64,000 nt of DNA from the IMG/VR virus record IMGVR_UViG_3300025875_000010, positions 13,292-77,291 of that record, one strand, 5' to 3'. Source of the stretch: a virus (Duplodnaviria > Caudoviricetes). The notes below the pieces were generated by a model. The model saw only the letters and a list, made by a program, of their open reading frames with translations. It did not search any database and was not told where the DNA came from. Made by a program: the position numbers and the translations under genes. Of this stretch, positions 56,938-64,000 are shown in pieces (within the stretch, counting starts at the first letter, position 1; the number at the start of each line of letters is the position of its first letter).

Positions 56938-57625
56938 TCTTCACTTGCCGGTCTTGGATAAGGGCTACGTTAGGTATATTAAGCATATGGGTGACGACTT
57001 GGACGTTATTAATAGCGCGAAAGCAAGTTTCGCAAAGGAGGCATTATCTTTTGAAGAGCGTGAGGCCAGACTTTTGGCATTTCTTATTCGTGATCAGCAT
57101 ACTGCTACTATGCGTCATTCTGCTATTACCTTAGAAGTATATGCGCCGCTTTTGGTAGCAAGGCAATGGTGGAAACTGGTTGTAGCTTCCACTCACCTTG
57201 ATGATCAAAATGGATGGTCGGAATCTAGCCGCAGGTATATCACGGAGAATGTAGAGTTCCATTTGCCTGATGATTGGCGATCTGCCCCTGAGAATAAGAA
57301 GCAAGGTTCCGGTCCCGTCCTGCCTCACTATGACGGCATGGTTTTGACTGAGACTCTAGCTGAGCAGCAGCGACGGGGCAAAGAACTATATGAGTGGGCC
57401 ATGGAAATGGGCGTTGCACCTGAGCAGGCTAGGCTATTCCTGCCCGCGTACGGGCTCATGGTAAGATGGCGCTGGACTTTCAGCCTAGGGGCCGGTTTGC
57501 ATTTCCTACACCAGCGCCTAGCCCACGATGCCCAAAGTGAAATACGCGAATTTGCTGAGGCTGTCAAGGACATTCTTGCTGTCCACTTCCCCAATTCAGT
57601 AGAGGCAATGGTGCAACATCTATGA
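56927..57625 (+). CDS. thyX: flavin-dependent thymidylate synthase
   Basis: VLDKGYVR..MGDDLDVINSAKASF, VARQWWK, SESSRRY, GVAPEQARLFLP, HDAQSEIREFA; start moved to ATG 56927. Confidence 0.9.
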   Translation: MLNNLHLPVLDKGYVRYIKHMGDDLDVINSAKASFAKEALSFEEREARLLAFLIRDQHTATMRHSAITLEVYAPLLVARQWWKLVVASTHLDDQNGWSESSRRYITENVEFHLPDDWRSAPENKKQGSGPVLPHYDGMVLTETLAEQQRRGKELYEWAMEMGVAPEQARLFLPAYGLMVRWRWTFSLGAGLHFLHQRLAHDAQSEIREFAEAVKDILAVHFPNSVEAMVQHL

Positions 57626-58029
57626 TTCCCGTACACCAGGATTTGTTTTATGACCCAGCCTTGGCCGATGATCAACAAAGAGGCAACTGCTATCAGGCCG
57701 CTCTAGCTAGCTTGTTGGAGCTTCCGTTAAACGATGTTCCTAATTTTGTTGGCATCGATGTGGCCGGTGGAGAAAATTGGTGGACTCATTCTACACAATG
57801 GTTGTATAATAGAGGTTATGATATGTACTACTGGCCTATAGAAGATGAGAACAATCCATTAGAACCTGCACCGGATGAGCACTATTTGATTTCTGGCAAA
57901 TCACCTAGAGGTAACTTCTACCACGTAGCAGTTTATCTCGATGGAAATCTAGCACATGATCCCCACCCCAGTGGTGCCGGTATTTTGACCGAAGAAGATG
58001 TATTCCTTATTAGGAGGCGCGATGATTGA
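57622..58029 (+). CDS. conserved hypothetical phage protein
   Basis: GNCYQAALASLLELPLNDVP...HVAVY...AHDPHP. Confidence 0.7.
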   Translation: MIPVHQDLFYDPALADDQQRGNCYQAALASLLELPLNDVPNFVGIDVAGGENWWTHSTQWLYNRGYDMYYWPIEDENNPLEPAPDEHYLISGKSPRGNFYHVAVYLDGNLAHDPHPSGAGILTEEDVFLIRRRDD

Positions 58030-58204
58030 AATGACCGAAGAGGAATTCAACATGAAGATATTAAAGGCCAAAGCGGAAGTGCTTGATCTTGCAGCAAAAA
58101 CCTTTAAAGAAAGGGGCTACGGTCGATATTTACCGTCACAGGTTAGTTTAGGGCTATCATCTATGGCAAATGTTTGCAGGAGAAAGGCACTCAAAGATTT
58201 ATGA
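58022..58204 (+). CDS. hypothetical protein
   Basis: RBS AGGAGG then MIEMTEEE. Confidence 0.55.
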   Translation: MIEMTEEEFNMKILKAKAEVLDLAAKTFKERGYGRYLPSQVSLGLSSMANVCRRKALKDL

Positions 58205-58413
58205 CCGGACCTATAGAACATGAGATTGACGAAGACTGGAATACAGTTAATTTTATTATGCTGCGCCGGTTGAATGATGTAATGATGTATGTGCTGAGAG
58301 AAATGAATCCTGATGCTGCCAATCAACTGGCTAGCCTGCACGAGCAGGGCATTTTTGTATCACCACGACCGGCATGGAAACCAGGAGAAGATATAGATGA
58401 ACCCACAGACTAA
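58201..58413 (+). CDS. hypothetical protein
   Basis: ATGA overlap; MTGPIEHE. Confidence 0.55.
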   Translation: MTGPIEHEIDEDWNTVNFIMLRRLNDVMMYVLREMNPDAANQLASLHEQGIFVSPRPAWKPGEDIDEPTD

Positions 58414-58660
58414 CCCGATTCCCAGGGTAACTAATGAATCACCTATTTATGATCAATTGGTTGTCGAACTTGGTGATCCTCATGAAGAAGATGAAGACAT
58501 AGCGTTAGCTGAGATTTATTTTCAAGAAGGCAAACGTGCATATAGTGAATTTGTGCAAAACATATATGTAGAACGTATTGATGCACAAGAGGCTGTGAAA
58601 GAGGCTGAAACTGATGTGCTACCGGCTCAATCTGGTGCCACAGCTTTTAGTAAAATATAA
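58397..58660 (+). CDS. acidic hypothetical protein
   Basis: RBS AGGAG; ESPIYDQLVVELGDP. Confidence 0.6.
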   Translation: MNPQTNPIPRVTNESPIYDQLVVELGDPHEEDEDIALAEIYFQEGKRAYSEFVQNIYVERIDAQEAVKEAETDVLPAQSGATAFSKI

Positions 58661-58680
58661 TTAAGTGGTATAATGAGGCC

Positions 58681-59274
58681 ATGTTTAAGACAAATAGCGT
58701 CGGACTTGAGACCGTGGGAGCACGTAATTTTAAGTTACAAAATGATCTCACTTACCACGGCAAGTGCGGCGATTTTATCGTTAGGGCGGGATTCGTAACA
58801 GATTTCGCTACGGTGCCAAGATTTTTGTCATGGCTTATTCCTACATACGGACTATATACACTGGCTGCGATTGTCCACGACTACTTGTGCGTGAAGCTGG
58901 CAATCTACCATAACCTTCTCATGACCTATACTGACGTTAAGCTTATGCAAAAATTTGGGTGGGTATACAGAGATGGTGAGGGAATTACACCGCCGGAAGG
59001 TTTGACAAGTTCCCACGACACCGACGCTATTTTCCGCCGCATTATGCGCGAACTTGAAGTCCCATTTTTGAGGCGTTGGTTGATGTGGACAGGGGTTCGC
59101 TGGGGTGCTATGATGAACCCAGCCAGGCGCGCAGGCATACTTGCAGACTTGCCTAAGATGTTGCTAGTCTCAGTCCTTTCTGCACCCTTAGTAGTTCCAG
59201 TATCACTGTTTGTAGCAGTCGGGCTGTTAGTAGATATAATATTTGAAAAGTTAGTAGGTAGATTCATAAAGTGA
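58681..59274 (+). CDS. DUF1353 family protein
   Basis: GFVTDFATVPRFL, AAIVHDYL, DAIFRRIMREL, GVRWG; leaderless TATAAT-6-ATG. Confidence 0.8.
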   Translation: MFKTNSVGLETVGARNFKLQNDLTYHGKCGDFIVRAGFVTDFATVPRFLSWLIPTYGLYTLAAIVHDYLCVKLAIYHNLLMTYTDVKLMQKFGWVYRDGEGITPPEGLTSSHDTDAIFRRIMRELEVPFLRRWLMWTGVRWGAMMNPARRAGILADLPKMLLVSVLSAPLVVPVSLFVAVGLLVDIIFEKLVGRFIK

Positions 59275-59504
59275 CATTGACGGAATTAATCACAGATTGG
59301 AAAAAGCGCTACATAGCCTTACACGAAATGACTAAGATAGATTATGGCGAAGAATCGCCGGAAAAGAATAAGACAATTATGACCATGAAGAACCAATTAG
59401 GCTATTGCATTAAAGAACTGGAAGCTCTTATGCAGGGGACGCCAGCCCGGAGAGCAATGAGTTCGATGATCAAAGCCAGAAGGGCAGATGATGATAACTC
59501 TTGA
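59271..59504 (+). CDS. hypothetical protein
   Basis: GTGA overlap, 77 aa. Confidence 0.55.
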   Translation: MTLTELITDWKKRYIALHEMTKIDYGEESPEKNKTIMTMKNQLGYCIKELEALMQGTPARRAMSSMIKARRADDDNS

Positions 59505-59880
59505 TGATCTTGTGTATGCAATACCCTTGGCTTGGACTAACGAGACGCGAGGTGATGACAAGTATAAAGGCTATGTACCGGAAGGGTATAGGACAACTAT
59601 GGCGGCAGGTCAGTGCATCGTATCCAGCCTATTAGTGCAGCGACACCAGGGCGGTAATATTATGGGCTGCCACGTCACAGACATTCCGCATTATTTCAAC
59701 GAGCTAGAGAATGGAATGTGGGTAGACACTACAAGAAGCCAGTTTGTCGGACACAAGTCGGTCAGCAGCATTAGAAAGGTCAAGCGCAACCCAAAGGCTA
59801 AAGGCTATATTTTTGATGACACCCGGGAGAGAGTCGATCTGCTAGAGCGCCGGGTTGAAGAGGCATTGTCATGGCGATAG
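59488..59880 (+). CDS. YunG-like hypothetical protein
   Basis: GQCIVSSLLVQ..GG.I..HYFN..WVDTTRSQF. Confidence 0.6.
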   Translation: MMITLDDLVYAIPLAWTNETRGDDKYKGYVPEGYRTTMAAGQCIVSSLLVQRHQGGNIMGCHVTDIPHYFNELENGMWVDTTRSQFVGHKSVSSIRKVKRNPKAKGYIFDDTRERVDLLERRVEEALSWR

Positions 59881-60215
59881 AAGAACTACACAGTCAGCTT
59901 TGTCAGAAAGTAGTAAAAATCTTCGGCACGCCAGTGAAAGTCTATCGTGAATTCAATCCAGCCAGAGATAGCATTGAGTGGACGGTTTATACGCGGCTTT
60001 TTGGTTATCGGACCCGGTTTGATATTGAGATTGCAGCCTCTGACGTAGATAATAAGTATGCATTGGCTCACCTGTTGTCACAGTTGCCGGAACAGATTAT
60101 CGATGATCATGAAGCTAATCTAAAATACGGCTATCATCCTGTGTTTCCATATAATAGAAATGAAATAGGTAACATAGCCAATCCAAACAATGTATTCTAC
60201 CCGGAGGTAACATGA
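59871..60215 (+). CDS. hypothetical protein
   Basis: 114 aa in operon. Confidence 0.55.
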   Translation: MAIEELHSQLCQKVVKIFGTPVKVYREFNPARDSIEWTVYTRLFGYRTRFDIEIAASDVDNKYALAHLLSQLPEQIIDDHEANLKYGYHPVFPYNRNEIGNIANPNNVFYPEVT

Positions 60216-60415
60216 GATTCCATGAGCTAAAGCTCCGGCTTCACCGCCACGATTTCAGATACGATCTGAGCGGGTATATAGATTGGGTTCCAGCAATCCG
60301 GCCGGTACAGTGGATTACAGTGAGTCAATGCATCAAGTGTGACGAAAAGCGCTGCACTGTTCGGTCAACCGAGGGCACGGTAAAGCTAAGAAGCGAGTTG
60401 AAGGGGATAAAGTGA
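60212..60415 (+). CDS. hypothetical protein
   Basis: RBS GGAGG, 67 aa. Confidence 0.5.
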   Translation: MRFHELKLRLHRHDFRYDLSGYIDWVPAIRPVQWITVSQCIKCDEKRCTVRSTEGTVKLRSELKGIK

Positions 60416-60648
60416 ACTACGCACTGATAATCCACAAGAATAAGAAGATCAACGTAGCGAAGGTGCAGGCAGCTATGGCCGAAATTTCGGCGAACTACGT
60501 TGGCAAGATCATGCCTTATGGAGAGGACAAGTCTGCTTTACTTTACTACAAGAGGCCGGAACCCATCGACATAGAGAAGCTGCTGGATTCAAGCACGCTG
60601 GTGTGCCACTTTCCTAAGATCAAATACATTGACGTATGTGAGGACTAA
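60412..60648 (+). CDS. hypothetical protein (paralog of 60875..61063)
   Basis: KINVAKVQ..YGEDKSALLYY resembles EINFAKLQ..YGNKVALICW. Confidence 0.55.
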   Translation: MNYALIIHKNKKINVAKVQAAMAEISANYVGKIMPYGEDKSALLYYKRPEPIDIEKLLDSSTLVCHFPKIKYIDVCED

Positions 60649-60878
60649 TGAAGTATTACGAAGCGTTTGAGTACGACTTCAATGATGGGCATGGTGAGGT
60701 AGTAGTCCATAGAGACGATCTGACCATAAAGGCCGGTGATCAGATTATTCTAGTAAGCATAGAGGGCCAAAACACGCCGGGTTGGTATGACGGGTTTGGA
60801 TGTTTAGTCACAGTGACCGGTTTTTGGCCTGCACATAAGCAAGAATACGTTAGAGTAAGGACAGATTATAGACGATGA
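60648..60878 (+). CDS. hypothetical protein
   Basis: RBS GAGGA, 76 aa. Confidence 0.55.
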   Translation: MKYYEAFEYDFNDGHGEVVVHRDDLTIKAGDQIILVSIEGQNTPGWYDGFGCLVTVTGFWPAHKQEYVRVRTDYRR

Positions 60879-61063
60879 AGACCTATATCATAGAATTCGA
60901 AGATGATAAAGAAATCAACTTTGCCAAACTACAGACTGTAATCCTAAACTTACAGTCCGATCATAAGGCACAAGTCAAGAAGTACGGCAATAAGGTGGCG
61001 CTTATCTGCTGGACGCCCGGTGGAGAGCCGGAAGAGGCTAAAATTGTCAATGTTAACGCATGA
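60875..61063 (+). CDS. hypothetical protein (paralog of 60412..60648)
   Basis: ATGA overlap, 62 aa. Confidence 0.55.
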   Translation: MKTYIIEFEDDKEINFAKLQTVILNLQSDHKAQVKKYGNKVALICWTPGGEPEEAKIVNVNA

Positions 61064-61247
61064 GGAACAAGAGTCCTTAAAGCTGGCAGAATCAGAGCAT
61101 ACTTATAAGGTAAGACTGGTGCACTTTTCATCATTAAGGTGTGATCGCTGCACAGATAAGAGAAGTTGCGTGCGGCATGAAGATGAAATGTTAACCGTGA
61201 ATTCCTGGTCAAAGGAAGCATTAGAGCGGCGATTCAAGATCAACTAG
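61050..61247 (+). CDS. hypothetical protein
   Basis: Last rightward ORF; start placed at ATG 61050. Confidence 0.45.
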   Translation: MLTHEEQESLKLAESEHTYKVRLVHFSSLRCDRCTDKRSCVRHEDEMLTVNSWSKEALERRFKIN

Positions 61248-61338
61248 TTTCGAATGTTCAAAAATTGAGTGTGTATCAAAAATGTACGAAGTGTGATTAT
61301 AAAGCCATTTTTGCCATTATTAGTGCGCCCATTGGAAA

Positions 61339-61368
61339 GGGAGTCTGACCATTATCGGCCAGACTCCC
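61339..61368. terminator. terminator between convergent operons
   Basis: GGGAGTCTG/CAGACTCCC stem; T-run on minus side. Confidence 0.65.
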
Positions 61369-61466
61369 TAACCGTTATGCAGTGCAGTCTGCCATTAGCA
61401 GCAGTAATAGCACGATGATAAATAGTGCTGGGCCATAAGCAGTCAGGATGTGCCAGCTTCGATTAC

Positions 61467-62150
61467 TCACGCTGCATTCACTCCCTCGACACGTCGCACA
61501 CTGGCAGCCGTGCGGATCATTGTCCGGCGCCAGGCCACCCAAGCGACAGCCTGCACAGTAGAGGGCAGCACTACCGTTCCGCTCTCACGAGACAGGATGA
61601 CAGCCGCACGTGCGTAGCATGCTGCCAATGCTTCGTAACGCTTACGCGTACCGATGCCCTTAGAGCGCGTCTCGTCATTGGTCACCCTGCCCACGGCCAC
61701 ATCGTAGGCGTGCCGATCCACCACTACCGCATGCGGGTTAGTCGGGTCAGCAATCGTCAGGAAGAATGCGGAGACCTTGAGTCCTCCCACCACATCGTGC
61801 GGTGACTTACCCGCGAGCACGCGAGCCACCTTGCGCGCGTTACCCTTAAGGGTGGGAAGGTCCTGCGATACCCGACGGTATCCGCTGTCTATGGGACTAG
61901 CCTCGCCCTCTTCCCACATACGGTATGCCTCACCCGCGAGCCACACGTTACGGCCCCACGGCGTGAGCGGACTCAACAGCGCGATCACGGCAGCACTACG
62001 GGCAGAGTGTCCGGGGTCCAGGTCTTCCGCCAGGCGACGTGCGCGTACATACCATTCCGTACCGTCCGCGTGATCCTGTGCAGTAGCGGCACGGTACACG
62101 CGGGTGACGTTGCGAGTGTGGGGAGTGAGCAGGGTGACAGTCATGATCAT
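61467..62150 (-). CDS. early protein with degenerate HhH-GPD-like motifs (DUF7178-like)
   Basis: WYVRA, AAVIALLSP..W.RN, GLKVSAFFLTI, VVVDRHAYD, VQAVAWVAWR. Confidence 0.65.
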   Translation of the reverse strand: MIMTVTLLTPHTRNVTRVYRAATAQDHADGTEWYVRARRLAEDLDPGHSARSAAVIALLSPLTPWGRNVWLAGEAYRMWEEGEASPIDSGYRRVSQDLPTLKGNARKVARVLAGKSPHDVVGGLKVSAFFLTIADPTNPHAVVVDRHAYDVAVGRVTNDETRSKGIGTRKRYEALAACYARAAVILSRESGTVVLPSTVQAVAWVAWRRTMIRTAASVRRVEGVNAA

Positions 62151-62207
62151 GTCCTATCGGGTAGTGAGTGAGTGTTAGCTATGTGCCCGGTACTGCGAGG
62201 GGTAAAC

Positions 62208-62555
62208 CTAGTCCCTCAGACGCGCGATAGCCCATCCTTCAATGTCGATGTTCCCATCATCGTCCGTCCAGTAGGCGGCCAACACTACGTAGGTACCCTG
62301 TTCTGCCAGCAGGTCTAGTTCCATGCGCCCACCGATATATTCACTATTGTGCATAATGGGTCCATTGTACCCATGCTGACCCGTGTATCCGTGCGACCAC
62401 AAATCCCATCGAGAATCGTCCAGCTCTTCATCCATCAGGGTGGGAGCATAAACGTCCGATTCACCGATAAGGGTCGCACCATCCTTGTGCGTAATGGTGA
62501 TGGGCGAATCGAAATCCATTGCATCCTGGAGTCGCACGATATTTCCTTTCATCAT
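62208..62555 (-). CDS. hypothetical early protein
   Basis: LQDAMDFDSPITI...GYTGQHGYNGPIMHNSEYIGG...GWAIARL. Confidence 0.7.
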   Translation of the reverse strand: MMKGNIVRLQDAMDFDSPITITHKDGATLIGESDVYAPTLMDEELDDSRWDLWSHGYTGQHGYNGPIMHNSEYIGGRMELDLLAEQGTYVVLAAYWTDDDGNIDIEGWAIARLRD

Positions 62556-62573
62556 TCCGGGCCGGTCCCGGTA

Positions 62574-62623
62574 GTGCCTAGGTAGGAATCGAACCTACGC
62601 CCTAAGGGCCACCATGCTAGGCG
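62574..62623 (-). ncRNA. mini tRNA-like element (acceptor stem + T arm; no D or anticodon arm)
   Basis: GCCTAG...GTAGG TTCGATT CCTAC CTAGGCA. Confidence 0.6.
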
Positions 62624-62629
62624 AGTGAA

Positions 62630-62920
62630 TCAGCCGTGCGATTCGATCCATTTGATCACGGTTTCATCATCCCATCCGAGAACGTACAGCTCCCACGGCA
62701 TCTCAACCTCGCGCCACTCACTCACGTAGTCAGAGAATCCGCACCGGTAGGCGATTGGGTCGATTTCTGCCAGCACGCGGGAGGTCTCGTATTCCATACC
62801 CGCGACGGTCACTGTGCCGTAAACTTCATCCAGTATTTCGTTGTAAGCGTCCAGGGCATCGGCCTCGGCGTAACCGTTGCCGCAGTCGTCCAGCCAAATC
62901 GTGAGCGTGTCCATGATCAT
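62630..62920 (-). CDS. hypothetical early protein
   Basis: YNEILDEVYGTVTVAGMEYETSRVLAEIDPIAYRCGFSDY. Confidence 0.7.
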   Translation of the reverse strand: MIMDTLTIWLDDCGNGYAEADALDAYNEILDEVYGTVTVAGMEYETSRVLAEIDPIAYRCGFSDYVSEWREVEMPWELYVLGWDDETVIKWIESHG

Positions 62921-62968
62921 TTCCTAACGTGAGTGTGTGTAGTTCAGGGATGCCCAGGGAGGGCAGGA

Positions 62969-63196
62969 TCAAACCTGTCCGGGGTGAGCCGATCCGAGGT
63001 CAGGGTAGGTTCCGAGGTAGTCATCCCGGTCAGCGGTCGGAACACTGGCAGGGACACGTGCGAGCCCCTTGCCCGCAGGGTGACGCCGCATTGCTGCCAG
63101 GCGCTCCTGCACGGCAATCCAGGTGTCGCCGGTTGCGCCGTTGGGTGCCATGCGCTCATCGTCCGCACGGCCGGGGAAGGGGAGGACAGTGCTCAT
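62969..63196 (-). CDS. hypothetical early protein (75 aa)
   Basis: RBS AAGGAG then MSTVLPFPG; RRHPAGKG motif. Confidence 0.65.
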   Translation of the reverse strand: MSTVLPFPGRADDERMAPNGATGDTWIAVQERLAAMRRHPAGKGLARVPASVPTADRDDYLGTYPDLGSAHPGQV

Positions 63197-63278
63197 GATC
63201 TTTTCTCCTTGTGTGTGGGTTACTGCTGACACAGTAGCACAGTGCCCGGGGCTAGACCGGGAACCATGCCGTACTGGG

Positions 63279-63506
63279 TCAGGAGAAACTAACGGTCCGT
63301 CCGACGGGAGTGTTGTGACAGGCAACGCAGGCTGCGACGGATTCTCCACGCTCCACAGTGTGCGCGTACTGCCCGCATTCGGTCAAGTAAACCGTGGGAC
63401 CGGAGAAGGGCAGTCCGGCCGTTCGCGTGGGAATGTGAGCTGTGATCCCGTCCCCACCGAAGTCGGGCCGGACGGTAACGATCATGCGAGGGAGTGTGTT
63501 TGCCAT
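63279..63506 (-). CDS. hypothetical early protein
   Basis: First gene of the leftward GC-rich operon; 75 aa with C..H..CxxC. Confidence 0.55.
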   Translation of the reverse strand: MANTLPRMIVTVRPDFGGDGITAHIPTRTAGLPFSGPTVYLTECGQYAHTVERGESVAACVACHNTPVGRTVSFS

Positions 63507-63645
63507 GCCCTAAGTGTAAGCCCTATTCGGCGTGTCGACCCCTTAGAACCTGTGTAAATAGTGCTAAATCGACAAGATCACTTCGTCAACACTTGTCATG
63601 GCAACACTTGCCAAAAATGATCTTGAACTTTGTCATGATCAACTC

Positions 63646-63674
63646 TTGACAGCCGGATGATCTTGGTGTAGACT
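63646..63674 (+). promoter_or_regulatory. strong rightward promoter
   Basis: TTGACA-17 nt-TAGACT. Confidence 0.7.
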
Positions 63675-63705
63675 AGCGCGCCCTGCGCCTCTGCCTTTTT
63701 AGACC

Positions 63706-63776
63706 CTTTACGATGGGGTCAAAAATCAGCATGGAACTTCTTTTACGATGGGCAGATAAATCAACATGGGACTTTT
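63706..63776. repeat. two-copy ~35-bp imperfect tandem repeat
   Basis: CTTTACGATGGG-gtcaaa-AATCAGCATGGAACTT / CTTTTACGATGGG-cagata-AATCAACATGGGACTT. Confidence 0.7.
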
Positions 63777-64000
63777 CGCTGTGTAATTGTGAAAGAACAA
63801 GATCATTCTATGTAATTCTGTAGGAGAAAAACACTCACCGGTGCTTGCGCCGGTCCCGAAGGGGAGTAATAGTGTATAAGAGATAGAGACAAAGAAACCA
63901 ATAGAGAATATCCCACACGTGTTTACTCCTATTCTACGCTTTTAGCGCTTTTGAGGCTTTTTGGGCCGTTATTGGCTTATTTCGGGGCCTTTTTGCTGTT

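Noticed and set aside
62574-62623. Complete tRNA gene
   Set aside because: Only ~50 nt; T arm and acceptor-like stem present but no D arm or anticodon arm, C-A mismatch at the first pair, no CCA. Kept as a tRNA-like element.
63706-63776. CRISPR array
   Set aside because: Two adjacent imperfect copies without unique spacers; no cas genes.

Overview
About half of a large tailed (siphovirus-type) phage genome, read mostly on the minus strand. Compared from memory, not by database search, gene content and order resemble the Streptomyces BE/BK-cluster group. The order is SSB, primase, DnaB helicase, holin, phosphoesterase, minor tails, tape measure, tail chaperones, major tail, head-tail genes, major capsid, protease, portal, LamG protein, LGFP endolysin and class II RNR. 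An actinobacterial host is inferred from LGFP repeats, NrdJ, ThyX, a DUF6131-like protein and pervasive leaderless promoters. From ~52.5 to 61.3 kb small plus-strand genes include a LAGLIDADG endonuclease and thyX. From ~61.4 to 63.5 kb lies a GC-richer minus-strand early operon, followed by a promoter/repeat region. I did not see a terminase, integrase, complete tRNA or CRISPR array. The most unusual elements are four. (1) A 12-kb cassette between the capsid and head-tail genes encodes giant multi-enzyme, fibre-associated proteins (GH5 glycosidase, DUF4185-like propeller, two PL7-like lyase domains, HExxH peptidase, PhoD phosphatase, PKD/FN3), and a second fibre plus glycosyltransferase cassette lies at 48.8-52.5 kb. 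(2) A ~450-nt promoter-driven, highly base-paired intergenic RNA candidate with a probable pseudoknot. (3) A promoter- and terminator-bounded ~145-nt sRNA candidate. (4) Mini tRNA-like elements after successive early genes. All protein calls come from motif recognition by eye.
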